Source: an uncultured Methanosarcinaceae archaeon (GTDB lineage Archaea; Halobacteriota; Methanosarcinia; Methanosarcinales; Methanosarcinaceae). Taken from it: a stretch of 64,000 nucleotides of DNA. The DNA lies in the NCBI GenBank assembly GCA_963847185.1, contig CAWJYV010000004.1, positions 1 through 64,000 on the forward strand, given 5' to 3'. The position numbers and the translations under genes were made by a program. This document shows positions 21,410 to 32,362 of the stretch, in pieces (the stretch's first letter is position 1; each line of letters starts with the position of its first letter). Under the pieces are notes generated by a model. The model was not told where the DNA came from. It did no database searches and was given only the letters and a program-made list of their open reading frames with translations.

Positions 21410-22045
21410 GTGAGAAACTTGATAGAACAATCGCAGCTAATCTATTTTGTTGCAGCATCTGCAGCCCTTACTATCTTTCCAGGCCCGGATATCTTATTTG
21501 TGCTTACACAGAGTATTTCACAGGGTAAAAAAGCAGGAGTTGTAACTGCATCCGGCTTATGTACCGGTGTACTTGTCCATACAACTGCGGCAGCGTTGGG
21601 AATTTCAGCCATTGTGTATAAATCAGCCCTTGCATTTGAAATAGTAAAATATGCCGGGGCAGCCTATCTGCTCTACCTCGCCTGGCACGCTTTAAAAGAA
21701 AGTGGAGAGCTGGTCTCTTCTTCTCCTGTGAAAGAAACAGACGTTTTTGCCCTTTATAAGCGTGGGATTTTTATGAATGTCTTAAACCCTAAAGTTGCTC
21801 TCTTTTTCCTAGCTTTTCTCCCGCAGTTCGTAAACATTGAGAGCGAAAATGTTCCGTTGCAGATGATATTTCTGGGAATAATATTCATGGTGCAGGCCTG
21901 GCTGATATTTTCCACAATTTCGATCTTTGCAGGAACTATTGGCGAAAATATTATACAGAAGCCAGGAATCGGGAAGTATATCAACTGGGGAAAAGCAGGC
22001 ATCTTTACTGTGATCGGAGTCAAACTCGTCCTGTCCCATAAATGA
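21410..22045 (+). CDS. LysE/RhtB-family exporter
   Basis: PGPD, KYAGAAYLLYLA, NVLNPKVALFFLAFLPQF. Confidence 0.9.
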   Translation: MRNLIEQSQLIYFVAASAALTIFPGPDILFVLTQSISQGKKAGVVTASGLCTGVLVHTTAAALGISAIVYKSALAFEIVKYAGAAYLLYLAWHALKESGELVSSSPVKETDVFALYKRGIFMNVLNPKVALFFLAFLPQFVNIESENVPLQMIFLGIIFMVQAWLIFSTISIFAGTIGENIIQKPGIGKYINWGKAGIFTVIGVKLVLSHK

Positions 22046-22153
22046 GTAAAAAGGAAGAAAAAAATCCTAAAAGTCAAATCCATCATATTTAAGTTTATTA
22101 ACTAATTTATGTCTTATAATAAGAAAAGATAGGAGTTTTGCCGGATGCCCGGT

Positions 22154-22459
22154 TTACGGATAAATCCCAAGATTCCTCAATTTTTCCATATATTCTGAGG
22201 TGAATTTTTGAAAATCCTCTCCCTCCATTACAGGGAAAACTTCAACCTCGCATAAATCGGTAAATGGGAAATTGTAAGCCATATAATCCTGAATAGTTTC
22301 TACTTCATAAAGGGTGATCGCACGTCCGCCACCAGCATCAAACCACTGGTTAATTACTTTCAGCCCTTTTGGTAAGTCCATATTTCCCACCAGTTCCCAT
22401 CGTTTTAATAATTCCATGCCCTGTTCAGGCTCAAACGTTGTTATGTCCATCAAGAGCAT
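22154..22459 (-). CDS. DUF3303-like small protein
   Basis: KVINQWFDAGGGR...EVFPV; paralog at 59833. Confidence 0.75.
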   Translation of the reverse strand: MLLMDITTFEPEQGMELLKRWELVGNMDLPKGLKVINQWFDAGGGRAITLYEVETIQDYMAYNFPFTDLCEVEVFPVMEGEDFQKFTSEYMEKLRNLGIYP

Positions 22460-22522
22460 ATCTTTACTCCCTCTTTCATTAGTTAGTTTTTATACTGTTT
22501 TTTGTATACATAATATTAAATA

Positions 22523-23662
22523 TAGGACTTACGCATTTGCCTGCCTTGCAGGCAACTTTTTAATTTTCTCACGTTTTAATCCAAAGTATATATTGGGTTT
22601 CTTATAAATTGATTAACAGCATTTCTTGTAATGTTCCACTTTGTTTCAAACCATGTCATCCCTGTTTTTATTCTTTGGATTTCAAATCTTAGAAATGCTC
22701 TTATCGCCATCATAACGTGTGCTCTTTGCACATTGTTTCTTCTTGCCTGACAGCGTTCTACTCCACAAAACTGTTTTATTCCTCTATGATACTCTTCAAT
22801 TTTCCAGGCTTTTTTCCCCAACTCTTTTCTTTTTTCTTCCTTCATATCCAGTACATCTGTAGCCCAGTATTGCGTGTCTCCTTCTTTGGAAACTATCCGA
22901 AATACCTTAATAAAGCCGTATTCTTTCAGATGAACCGTCATTCCTTCTGGTGGAATAGTTAACAATTCAATTGCTACATTACCAGTCTTATTAGGGTTAA
23001 CTAACCGGTTTTTCTTCAACCTTGTTAACCAGTGCCATCCTTTTTTCCTGATTTCTTTGAGATTCTTTATGCTTGAATACCATGTATCAAACAGAACAAA
23101 TTCGGGTCTAAAACCGCGTTCTTCTGCCTTATTTAGCATATCAAGGAAGTGATCATTTTTTGTTTTTCCATCAGTATCTATATCGTAAATTCTAAAGTCA
23201 ACAGGAATTATAGCATCATTATATGTCCAGACAACGGTTTCAAGATTAATCCCATTTACAATCTGATGATGTTTACCACTCCATTGCCTGTAGACAAGAT
23301 CAATGTGTTTGGAATAAGGTTTATCAAGAACGGTATCATCGATAATAAGAAATCCAGTATCAGGAATGACAAAATCATTGACTTCTTCCCATAAAGCCTC
23401 CGTGTCCGGAGGCTGCCTTAGAAGAAGACGAGAAAAAGAGTCATGGGCTGGACTAGTAGAGTCTATAAAACTGCACTTAGAAGCTTCAGTACAGCTGAAG
23501 ACTCGAGAAGAAGCAATGAGAAAGTTGATGTAATCAAGTTCAGTGCATTTAGCCGGATTTATTCATTCAACTCAAAGATTTCTTTTGATTATATTACATA
23601 TATTATATTGAAAGAAGTATTTTAATATGATTTACAAAAGTGCTTCAACCGCGTAAGTCCTA
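22523..23662 (-). mobile_element. IS701-family element, intact (1140 bp)
   Basis: same TIRs as 989-3227; 5-bp TSD AAATA (22518-22522, 23663-23667). Confidence 0.92.
22576..23562 (-). CDS. IS701-family transposase, 328 aa, apparent ATA start
   Basis: Translated by hand: (I)NPAKCTELDYINFLIAS...IIDDTVLDKPY...DHFLDMLNKAEERG, no stop; TGA immediately upstream. Confidence 0.82.
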   Translation of the reverse strand: MNPAKCTELDYINFLIASSRVFSCTEASKCSFIDSTSPAHDSFSRLLLRQPPDTEALWEEVNDFVIPDTGFLIIDDTVLDKPYSKHIDLVYRQWSGKHHQIVNGINLETVVWTYNDAIIPVDFRIYDIDTDGKTKNDHFLDMLNKAEERGFRPEFVLFDTWYSSIKNLKEIRKKGWHWLTRLKKNRLVNPNKTGNVAIELLTIPPEGMTVHLKEYGFIKVFRIVSKEGDTQYWATDVLDMKEEKRKELGKKAWKIEEYHRGIKQFCGVERCQARRNNVQRAHVMMAIRAFLRFEIQRIKTGMTWFETKWNITRNAVNQFIRNPIYTLD

Positions 23663-23701
23663 AAATAGATAGGCTATATAGGTTTTGTACGGAGGTAATT
23701 T

Positions 23702-24505
23702 GGCAGTGTGCCTAAATTTCTGTAAAATTCTCTATAACCCTTTTTACTCTTCTTTTTTAATTACTGTTCCATTATTAGATACTTATTTCCTGTAATCCAC
23801 TCTTCATTAATATCTATCAGTATTGAGACTACGAGTCTCAATACTGATTCTTCATTCGGGAATGCTCTACTACCTTGCTTCTTCTTTTAATCTCCTTGTT
23901 AGTTCTCTCCATCATATTTGTTGTCCTTATTCTTCTCCAATGATCCTCTGGGAACTGCATATAATTCATCACGTCATACTGAAACCTTTCAAGGGTATCA
24001 GCTGCGGTTTTATATCCCATATTACCCAGTTCTCTTATCAATTCCTGTAACTTCTTACGGTCTACCAATGCTTCTTTAATCTTATCTGCTACTTCTTTTT
24101 GCTTCTTTTTCGGAACCTTTTCTAGAGTTTGTCTTATCAGATGGACATGACACATTTGCCAGCTTGATCCAATAAAGGATTCCCTAACTGCTTTTTGTAT
24201 CCCTTTATAACCATCAGAAACAATTAACTTGGCGCCTCTTAACCCTCTTTCTTTCAGGTCTTCAAATAGATCTTTCCAGAAAAGAGAGGTCTTCACTATC
24301 TGCTAATTTTGCTCCAGGAATCTCGCGGGAACGTCATCCCTGATTCCAGCGACTATAAAGAGAGCTTTATTTTCGTAATGAAGTCCATCTCTTACTTTGA
24401 GATAGTAGCATCAATAAACAAATAAGGAATTTCGTGTTCTATTGGCTTTGATAAGAATTCGCAAACCTTTTCATTCAGCTCTTTAGTAATTCTGGAAACT
24501 TTCGT
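23702..24505 (-). mobile_element. IS256-family remnant (5'-truncated, frameshifted)
   Basis: DLKERGL...VSDG...WQMCHVH...RIRTTNMMERTNKEIKRR; one end GGCAGTGTGCCTAAATT. Confidence 0.85.
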
Positions 24506-25418
24506 CAATAGAGGTCCGTTACACTTACACTCAGGGAGAAACTCTTGTTTCTTTCCTGTACCTTCTAGCTTTTGCGGGAATAATGTTACTCATAGCAAGG
24601 CGGAGGTTTAGCAAAGTTACAGTCACCTGATTCGCCTATTCAAAAATAAAAAAGAATGCTAGCAGAAAATTCTATGGTATGTACCCCCAGCAATATGATA
24701 TAAATCAAATTGTGGGCGGTCACCTCATCCTAAACAGGCTGTCCAACAATTCCTGATAGTAATGAATAAACTCATTTTTTCCAATTTAAAGGTCTTAAAT
24801 GCTTCCTTTTTGTTATTTAATTCCCCGAAAATTTAATTGTCGGACAGCCTTTGAAGGATGTGGTATACTTCCCACATACCTAAATCACGCATATATACCT
24901 AGAAGCCACGTACAATGTCGGTGGCTATTGCTTGTAGCCAAATGGACCGAATATATCCCGGAAGCATCAACAAAGCAATATAAAATGGGAAGAATAATAC
25001 TTCAATCCTTTAGTCACGGTGTAGCATGTAAGGTATATTTTTTCCCGTATTAGATTTGCAAGTATTCCTGTGCTAAGATCTCTAGCCTTCGCTTCCTATA
25101 TAATTGTTCGACAATGTTCTTTTCGACGTTCCAGTTCTGGAGCATCGACATCAAGATTCAGGCTTCTGGGATGTATGGAAGGTATGAGGTATACTATCCT
25201 GAAGGCGAATATCTGAAGTTAATCAAAAAGGCAAGGCTATCACGAATAAGCTTAACTTATTTAGATTCTGGAAGGCTTGCAAGAAGTGAGAAAAGGGGAA
25301 TTTTTATTTCCTAGCTATCACATTAAAGACTCGAAAAAAGTAACGCAGTGGGTTGGATTGTGAGTCAGTAAACAAAACGGTTATAGGAATTTTAACAAAG
25401 AGAAATATAATTCTAGTT

Positions 25419-25829
25419 TTATTTTTTGTTTTCTTTATTCCATTCTATTAAAGCTTTTTCAATAGATATCAAAGTGAACATAGTAGTATTGAATATCTCG
25501 TCTGGATGTTGTGGTATCCAATTTATTTCATCAAGAACGTCTTTTGGTAGCCTAACAATGTCGTTCAGCTCTTCTCCTATCTTCATGAAATATTCAGTAT
25601 ATCGTAATCCGTACCTGCTGTTATCATACGCAGTGATAGAAATATACTGAGTAAATGACCCGTCATTCATTATATCTCTTGAATATCTGTACTGAATTTC
25701 TTCCATACAATCCAAGTAATCATTATACAGTCTTCTGACAGTATCTGGAATTGATTCCCCGTCTTTTTGCAGAGCTTTCAGGTCTGACAATACACTTTTT
25801 GAGAGTCGGATAGTTTTGTACTGTTTCAC
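25419..25829 (-). CDS. small protein with ribbon-helix-helix/antitoxin-like N-terminus
   Basis: GTG start; KTIRLSKSVLSDLKALQKDGESIPDTVRRL. Confidence 0.55.
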   Translation of the reverse strand: MKQYKTIRLSKSVLSDLKALQKDGESIPDTVRRLYNDYLDCMEEIQYRYSRDIMNDGSFTQYISITAYDNSRYGLRYTEYFMKIGEELNDIVRLPKDVLDEINWIPQHPDEIFNTTMFTLISIEKALIEWNKENKK

Positions 25830-25889
25830 ACTACTACATATGTAGTTAAAGTATATAAATAAACTAATACACAAGTACAATAGATGGCT

Positions 25890-26135
25890 TTAATAATGTT
25901 GTCCTTTTTTGGTTGACTTGCCTTTATTCATCTGAATTGCTGCTTCATACCTGGCGCATTTTTTGAAATCAGTTCCTATGCAGTATTTGGATCTTTCTTC
26001 TTCGGTTGGGTTGTAATCTTTTGGGCTGGCTTTACATATATCTGGTTTGGGGTGTAGTTTTGTACCAGGAAATGCGATTTGAGTGCTTCTTGGATGTCCG
26101 AGAAATTTGCATTGCGTGTAAATGGCTCCTGTCAA
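25890..26135 (-). CDS. small four-Cys hypothetical protein
   Basis: 81 aa; CKFL...ICKA...KYC...KKCARY. Confidence 0.5.
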   Translation of the reverse strand: MTGAIYTQCKFLGHPRSTQIAFPGTKLHPKPDICKASPKDYNPTEEERSKYCIGTDFKKCARYEAAIQMNKGKSTKKGQHY

Positions 26136-26959
26136 TGTTTGAATAAATTAAGAAGTTCTTTATATATAGAATTAGGGTCGTCTTAGTACAGCTTGCGTAC
26201 GCGGTAATCTAAAGTTTTAAAGGGCTTTCTGGCAAATTCTTGCAAGTATCGAAATAAAATTTTAGCGACTTTATTCTTTATCCTTTTTCTTCAATTCTTT
26301 GCTTTATCTATTCTCTCTATTCAACTTTCTAAGTTAGTCCTTTGTGATTAGAAAACAAGATATATCAATTTATCATCATTATATATGGTGATTCAGATTT
26401 TTGGATTAGGGGCATTCCATCCCAAAATTGACCAGATCTTCCTCAACCTTTCAATTCTTTTTTTTATTTTAGTGTTCGGGTTGGCTGTAGTTGGGGCTGT
26501 TCTCAAAAGTTTGATAATTTATAGCCAGATTTGAAAATTATTGGCTTTTATTTATTTCCTTATAAAAGAGGTAAGGAAGCTGTTTTTAACCAAGTGTAGA
26601 GGCTCCAGGTGAGTTGAAAATTGTATCCATTTAGCTTTTGCCTTTGAAATGGAGTATTTGATACCGGAATTGTTTATCAAATGAATCCCCTTTTCCCGAA
26701 ACAAATTAGCTCTGATCAAATTTTTGAGTTTTTATACATGGCACTATATATTTTTCACATCAAATAAACTTCATGAAATGATTTTTGAAATTATTTTACA
26801 GGATAATTTTATCAAGAGTGGATAAAGAATTAACTTATATTTGATACCTTTAGAAGCTTGCTTGAAATTATTTTATGTCGATTCTGTTAGACAAAGGATC
26901 AGATACAAAGATATTTGATGGAAGTATTAATGTCTGCTTTAAAGCAAGACTGAGGGATT

Positions 26960-29698
26960 ATGACTTTTTTTGACCTTCCGGACAGGGATGAAATGGAGAT
27001 CCAGATGCAAAAAAGGATAGTTGAACTGGAAAAAGCCAATCAAGAGTTGCGTGCCGAGATTCTTGAATGCAAGCGAGCGGAAGAAAGGCTTGCCTCCAAT
27101 TCACAGCAGCTGTCCGAAGTACTCGAAAGCATAAGTGATGGCTTTTGTACCTTAGACCGTAATTGGCGCTTAACTTATGTTAATTCCCAAGCTGTCTCCT
27201 ATCTAAAACTGATATCAGAGGACCTTATTGGGCGGCAACTCTGGGAGATATATCCCAAGCTCGTCGGCACTGATCTTGAGGTCAATTTCCGTAAAGCGAT
27301 GCAAGAAGGGCAGCAACAAGCATTCGAGATGCATGCAGTCTTTAAAGACCTCTGGCACCAATTCCAAGTATACCCATCCAAAGAAGGCATTTCAGTTTAT
27401 TTCCAAGATATCACCGAGCACAAGAAGACGGAAGAGGCTCTTAGCCGTGATCGAAGCTTGCTTGAAAGCGTCATGCAAACTACTGATGTTATGCTGGCTT
27501 TTCTCGATCTGCAGTTCAATTTTGTATGGGTAAATCCTGCCTATGCTGAGACGTGCAGGATGAAGCCTGAGGACATGGTCGGCAAGAACCATTTCGTATT
27601 ATATCCTCACAAAGAAAACGAGGCAATTTTCCGGAAAGTTAGGGATACTGGCGAGGGTGCATTCTATAAGGACAAACCTTTTTTCTTTCCCGATCAGCCC
27701 GAGCGAGGAATCACCTATTGGGACTCTAGCCTTACTCCAGTTAAGGACGGCTGCGGAAATGTAACTGGCCTGGTCGCCTCATTGCGTGAGACGACAAAGT
27801 ACAAGCGGGCAGAAGAAGCTCAACGGAAAAGTGAAGAACGCTACCGGATGTTATTTACTAACATGGCCGAAGGTTTCGTCCTTATGGAAATAGTCTATGA
27901 TAAGGATGGTAAACCATATGACTATCGTTATCTTGAGGTAAATCCTACGTATGAACTTAATTTAGGTGTAAAGAAGGAAGAAATATTAGGCAAGACTTTA
28001 CTGGAAGTATTTCCTAATACAAGTTCTAAGACAATCGAAAAGTTCGGTGAAGTAGCGCTCTCAGGCCAGTCAACAAATTTTGAGATTTTTAGTCAGGTGG
28101 TGAATAAGTATGTTGAGGGCTATGCGTTCAGTCCTGAAAAAGGCAAGATCGCAGCGATTTTTAGAGATGTTACTCCGAGAAAAGAAGCGGAAGCTAAGTT
28201 GAAAGAAACACTCGATAACTTAGAAAACCTGGTTAAAGTAAGTACAGATGAGCTTGAGAAAGCTTATATCTCGTTAAAAGAAAGCGAAGAACGTCTTGCT
28301 GAAGCTCAAAAATTAGCTCATGTTGGAAGTTATGACTGGAACATTACAACTAATAAGGAATACTGGTCTGATGAAGTTTATCGTATTTTTGGGCTTGATC
28401 CCAAATTTGATCTAAACCACAATATATTTTTAAACAGTATAAATCCAGAAGATTTAGAGTACGTAAGTCATGCTATTAACGAAGCATTAAAAGGAAAACC
28501 GTATAACATTGATTACAGAATAATCTTGCCTGACGGAAAAGAGCGTGTAATCTATTCTCAAGGTGGGGTTATTTTTGATGAGAAGAGTACACCTGTTCGA
28601 ATGAGGGGAATAGTTCAGGATATTACTGAACGTAAAAAGACAGAAGAGAAAATTCAGATGCTTGCAAATTTAGTAGAATCATCTGATGATGCTATTATAA
28701 CAGAGTCACTCGACTATATTATCACAAGCTGGAATAAGGGAGCAGAGCGAGTTTATGATTATTCAGCTGAGGAAATTCTGGGAAAGCCAATATCCATCCT
28801 GGCTCCGTTCCATTTGGAAGAAGAAACAAGAGAACTGGTTGAGCGAGTTAAACAGGGAGAGAGAATTCAGCAATATGAGACTTTACGATTAAGAAAGGAT
28901 GGCAAAATAATCAATGTTTCAATAACTCTTTCTCCTGTTTTTGACATTTATGGGAAACTCACCGCTGTTTCTCTTATCTACAGAGATATAACCAAAAGAA
29001 AAGAAGCAGAAGGGGCTCTGGCAAGAGTTGAAATTACACGTCAGAAAGAAATTCATCACAGGATCAAAAATAACCTTCAAGTCATCTCGTCCCTTCTTGA
29101 CCTTCAGGCTGGAAAGTTCAAGGACAGAGGATGTATTAATGACTCCGAAGTCCTTGAAGCCTTTAGGGAAAGTCATGACAGGGTATTATCCATTGCACTT
29201 ATCCATGAGGAACTGCATGAAGGTGAAGGAGAAGAAACGCTGAATTTCTCATTATACCTTAAGAAACTCGTAGAGAACCTTCTTCACACATACAGTCTTG
29301 GAAATACTGCTGTTAGCTTAAACATTGATCTGGAAGAAAGTATTTTCTTTGATATGGATATTGCAGTCCCGTTAGGGATGATTGTTAATGAGCTTGTTTC
29401 GGACTCTTTGAAATACGCATTTTTAGGGAGAGATGAAGGGGAGATCAAAATTAAACTCTTTGAAAATGAGCTGAGCAACGATAAAGAAGAACTTGCTGGA
29501 AAACCTACCACATATACTCTGATAGTCTCAGATAATGGAGTTGGGATTCCTGAAAATATTGATTTTGAAAACTCAGACACGCTTGGTCTGCAGCTTGTGA
29601 ACATTCTGGTAGATCAATTAGATGGGGAAATTGAACTTAAAAGAGATAATGGAACTGAATTTGTTATAAGATTCAGTGTAGAAGAAAAAGGGAATTGA
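26960..29698 (+). CDS. cytoplasmic multi-PAS sensor histidine kinase (HisKA_2)
   Basis: repeated PAS/PAC ends (DITE.K), EIHHRIKNNLQ, VNELV, DNGVG, LGLQLV. Confidence 0.93.
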   Translation: MTFFDLPDRDEMEIQMQKRIVELEKANQELRAEILECKRAEERLASNSQQLSEVLESISDGFCTLDRNWRLTYVNSQAVSYLKLISEDLIGRQLWEIYPKLVGTDLEVNFRKAMQEGQQQAFEMHAVFKDLWHQFQVYPSKEGISVYFQDITEHKKTEEALSRDRSLLESVMQTTDVMLAFLDLQFNFVWVNPAYAETCRMKPEDMVGKNHFVLYPHKENEAIFRKVRDTGEGAFYKDKPFFFPDQPERGITYWDSSLTPVKDGCGNVTGLVASLRETTKYKRAEEAQRKSEERYRMLFTNMAEGFVLMEIVYDKDGKPYDYRYLEVNPTYELNLGVKKEEILGKTLLEVFPNTSSKTIEKFGEVALSGQSTNFEIFSQVVNKYVEGYAFSPEKGKIAAIFRDVTPRKEAEAKLKETLDNLENLVKVSTDELEKAYISLKESEERLAEAQKLAHVGSYDWNITTNKEYWSDEVYRIFGLDPKFDLNHNIFLNSINPEDLEYVSHAINEALKGKPYNIDYRIILPDGKERVIYSQGGVIFDEKSTPVRMRGIVQDITERKKTEEKIQMLANLVESSDDAIITESLDYIITSWNKGAERVYDYSAEEILGKPISILAPFHLEEETRELVERVKQGERIQQYETLRLRKDGKIINVSITLSPVFDIYGKLTAVSLIYRDITKRKEAEGALARVEITRQKEIHHRIKNNLQVISSLLDLQAGKFKDRGCINDSEVLEAFRESHDRVLSIALIHEELHEGEGEETLNFSLYLKKLVENLLHTYSLGNTAVSLNIDLEESIFFDMDIAVPLGMIVNELVSDSLKYAFLGRDEGEIKIKLFENELSNDKEELAGKPTTYTLIVSDNGVGIPENIDFENSDTLGLQLVNILVDQLDGEIELKRDNGTEFVIRFSVEEKGN

Positions 29699-30095
29699 TA
29701 ATAAGACACAAATTCTCCTGCTGTTGTAAGGTATACGATATAACCTCTTCGTTGTTCATAGGCTATATATCTTAATTAGTTTTGAACGTTAGCGCTTTTT
29801 TCAGGATAAAAGAGGAATTTACCTACTAAAACAAGAAGAGGAGGGGTTGATGGTTAACCGTTAAAACGATTTTTGGACGTAAGATTGCCTGTAAAAATGC
29901 CCTTTGTTCAAAGCTGGCGTTGTCGAGTGCTCTGTGAAGCCTGAACGATTTTCAGGATAAAGGTAATATAGCTATTTTTAACCAAGCGCAAGGCTCTGGG
30001 TAAGGTAAGAAACTATGCCCAGAAGGTTACATCCTGGGGCTTAAAAATATTTCAAAAATGAAAAATTAAAGAAAAATTATATAATATATGCTATC

Positions 30096-30334
30096 TTAAA
30101 GGCTGCCTTGAAATTCAAACCATTTCTACAGTAGGATAGGGGCATTGTTGCTTTTAAATTAAAACTGCAAATTTATATGAGCTTGCTCTCTCAATATATG
30201 AAATAAAATATATTAAATAGCATGCCAAAATTCCACTTTGGACATTTAACGGTTTAATGCTACCGTTTTCCAGTTCAAATACACAATTCTTATCTCCATT
30301 GTAGAATCAAATTTAATTTTCAGACAGACTCTAA
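30096..30334. mobile_element. composite MITE, degenerate copy (inverted relative to 59488-59735)
   Basis: GGCTGCCTTGAAATTCAAACCAT ... GAATCAAATTTAATTTTCAGACAGACTCTAA; aligns over its full length to the reverse complement of 59488-59735. Confidence 0.7.
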
Positions 30335-30447
30335 GGCGCGTTCTAAGTTCTCGAATCAAAAAGTCCATGTGATTAATTCAGTTTCATGTACTTTCTGTTT
30401 TCAGGCAGACGATTCTCAATGTTTTAGATTTTTCAATTTTCTTCCTT

Positions 30448-30684
30448 TTAGTACTTATAGTGCTTTACCGAATGATACAAAATCACAACGAAGAAAGCAA
30501 TAATTACAAGCAAGAAACTGAAAAAGCCGATCGGGTCCCAGACAAAGCCTATTCCTGCCCCTCCTTCATCCCAGGAAACAAGTACAGCTCCCTGAAGTAC
30601 TGTGGGAATAACCACACAGGCAAAGGCCAAGACAAAAATGAATACAATGTCAAAAACCTCTTTAATCATGCTTTTTTCTTCCAT
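30448..30684 (-). CDS. small two-TM membrane protein in the mtmP unit
   Basis: GAGGAGG RBS; two hydrophobic helices. Confidence 0.75.
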   Translation of the reverse strand: MEEKSMIKEVFDIVFIFVLAFACVVIPTVLQGAVLVSWDEGGAGIGFVWDPIGFFSFLLVIIAFFVVILYHSVKHYKY

Positions 30685-30695
30685 ATTATGCCTCC

Positions 30696-30965
30696 TCAGT
30701 CGTAGTACCTGAACTCAAACATGTGGGCTCTTATAGAGTTGCGTACACTCAGACAGCCAATTGCCTCAATAACAATTATCAAGCCTACGAAAATCACGTA
30801 GAGATAAAAGAAATTTCTGGAAATCTCCCAGGTTTCGATAAGAATTTTGTATAGGACAAATCCTTCCACACCTATCAACAATGCAAGCATCCCAATGATA
30901 AGGCCAGTATCTCCAGTTAATTTGCTGTGGTACTTATTTTTAAGATTTTGATCATTCGTCTCCAA
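30696..30965 (-). CDS. small two-TM membrane protein overlapping the mtmP stop
   Basis: TTG at 30965 with GAGGTG upstream; 89 aa. Confidence 0.7.
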   Translation of the reverse strand: METNDQNLKNKYHSKLTGDTGLIIGMLALLIGVEGFVLYKILIETWEISRNFFYLYVIFVGLIIVIEAIGCLSVRNSIRAHMFEFRYYD

Positions 30966-32358
30966 AACCCAACACCTCTTTTTCCCTTCTTGTATTTTCA
31001 GGACGTTTAGGTTCGGGCCATCCCATTTCAGCCCAGTTATTTTCTGCTTTCGAGGTCTTATGCTTGTGGCTGAAGTAGAAATAAGCAATTCCGTAAAATA
31101 AAAACCCAAAAATAAGGTTATACTTGTAACCCCAGAAAAGGGTTGAAAGGATTGTGATTGCTATTGCTATTGCAAAATAGGCAATGAAGGGCTGTAGAGG
31201 ACTTACAAATGGGCGTACTTTACTTGTTGTTTCCGGGAATAGATTTCTGAAGCGGATAAGAGAGAAGGGAATAAGGACATAGCAGAGAAGTCCCGAAATA
31301 ATGGAGAAGGTGATGACCTGGTCCAGAAATCCACTAAAGGCAAATCCGATCGCAACAGGCATTGTGAAGATTACAGCCCTGTAAGGTGTATTGTATCTGG
31401 GATGTATCGCCGAGAACCAAGAGGATACGTAGTTGTCCCTTGAAAGTGCAAACCAGGAGCGTGATGAGTCACAAACACAGCCGTTTGCACTAGCAATGCA
31501 TGTCAGGAATGTCCCGAGTCCTAGAGCAGCAATTAAGATAAATGCTCCACTGTTCTGGGCGGCTTCAAAGAGCGGATACACGGAAACACCCAGGGTATCT
31601 GCAGGGATAAGTACTGAACAGAGGTAGAGGGTCATCGCCGCTCCTATAAGTAGGGTGATCATCCCGGCCTGCTGTCCTAGAGGCACTGCTCTTGAGGGAT
31701 GTTTGCATTCTTCAGCACACATTGCTGCCCCTTCGATTCCAAGGTAGAACCAAGGCCCGAATTGTAGAGCTGCAAAAAGACCTATCATACCGTTTGGTAA
31801 AGCACCCTGGAAAAGATATTCCGGATGGATATCTACTGCTCCAAAAGCGGTTGCGAAGAAGAAGACCACTATTGCAATAAAAGCTATCATGGTCAGGAAG
31901 AAGTTAAGAGTTAGAGCTGCAACAACACCTCTGTAATTTATAAAAGTCAAAAGTGCAATAACAAGCAGCGTTACAGGGAAAACCTGTAATTCGGGGAAAA
32001 TGCTCTGTGCAATAAATGCGACGACAATGGCATCTGCCGCTTCCAGAGCAATATATTCCATATACACTGCGAGACCCACACTGGCGGCTGCCCCTGGTCC
32101 TATAAAAAGCCTTGCCCAATCGTAAGGACCTCCTGCAAGTTTGGTTGCTGATCCGAGTTCACTGGCGCAGAGAGAAATCATTACATACATGGCTCCTGCA
32201 ACCAGCATAGCAAGCAAGGATCCCAGAATTCCTCCTTTTGCGACTGTGAAATTCCAACCCATGTATTCTCCAACTAGCACGATCCCTACTCCGAGAGCCC
32301 ATACATGGAAAGGCCTCAAAGTTTTCACTAAGCTTCCAGATTCATGGTGTTCAGACAT
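30952..32358 (-). CDS. mtmP: APC-family amine permease (monomethylamine permease)
   Basis: WALGVGIVLVGEYMGWN, WFYLGIEG...AEE; downstream of mtmB; ATG at 32358 with GAGG RBS. Confidence 0.85.
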   Translation of the reverse strand: MSEHHESGSLVKTLRPFHVWALGVGIVLVGEYMGWNFTVAKGGILGSLLAMLVAGAMYVMISLCASELGSATKLAGGPYDWARLFIGPGAAASVGLAVYMEYIALEAADAIVVAFIAQSIFPELQVFPVTLLVIALLTFINYRGVVAALTLNFFLTMIAFIAIVVFFFATAFGAVDIHPEYLFQGALPNGMIGLFAALQFGPWFYLGIEGAAMCAEECKHPSRAVPLGQQAGMITLLIGAAMTLYLCSVLIPADTLGVSVYPLFEAAQNSGAFILIAALGLGTFLTCIASANGCVCDSSRSWFALSRDNYVSSWFSAIHPRYNTPYRAVIFTMPVAIGFAFSGFLDQVITFSIISGLLCYVLIPFSLIRFRNLFPETTSKVRPFVSPLQPFIAYFAIAIAITILSTLFWGYKYNLIFGFLFYGIAYFYFSHKHKTSKAENNWAEMGWPEPKRPENTRREKEVLGFGDE

Positions 32359-32362
32359 AGTC

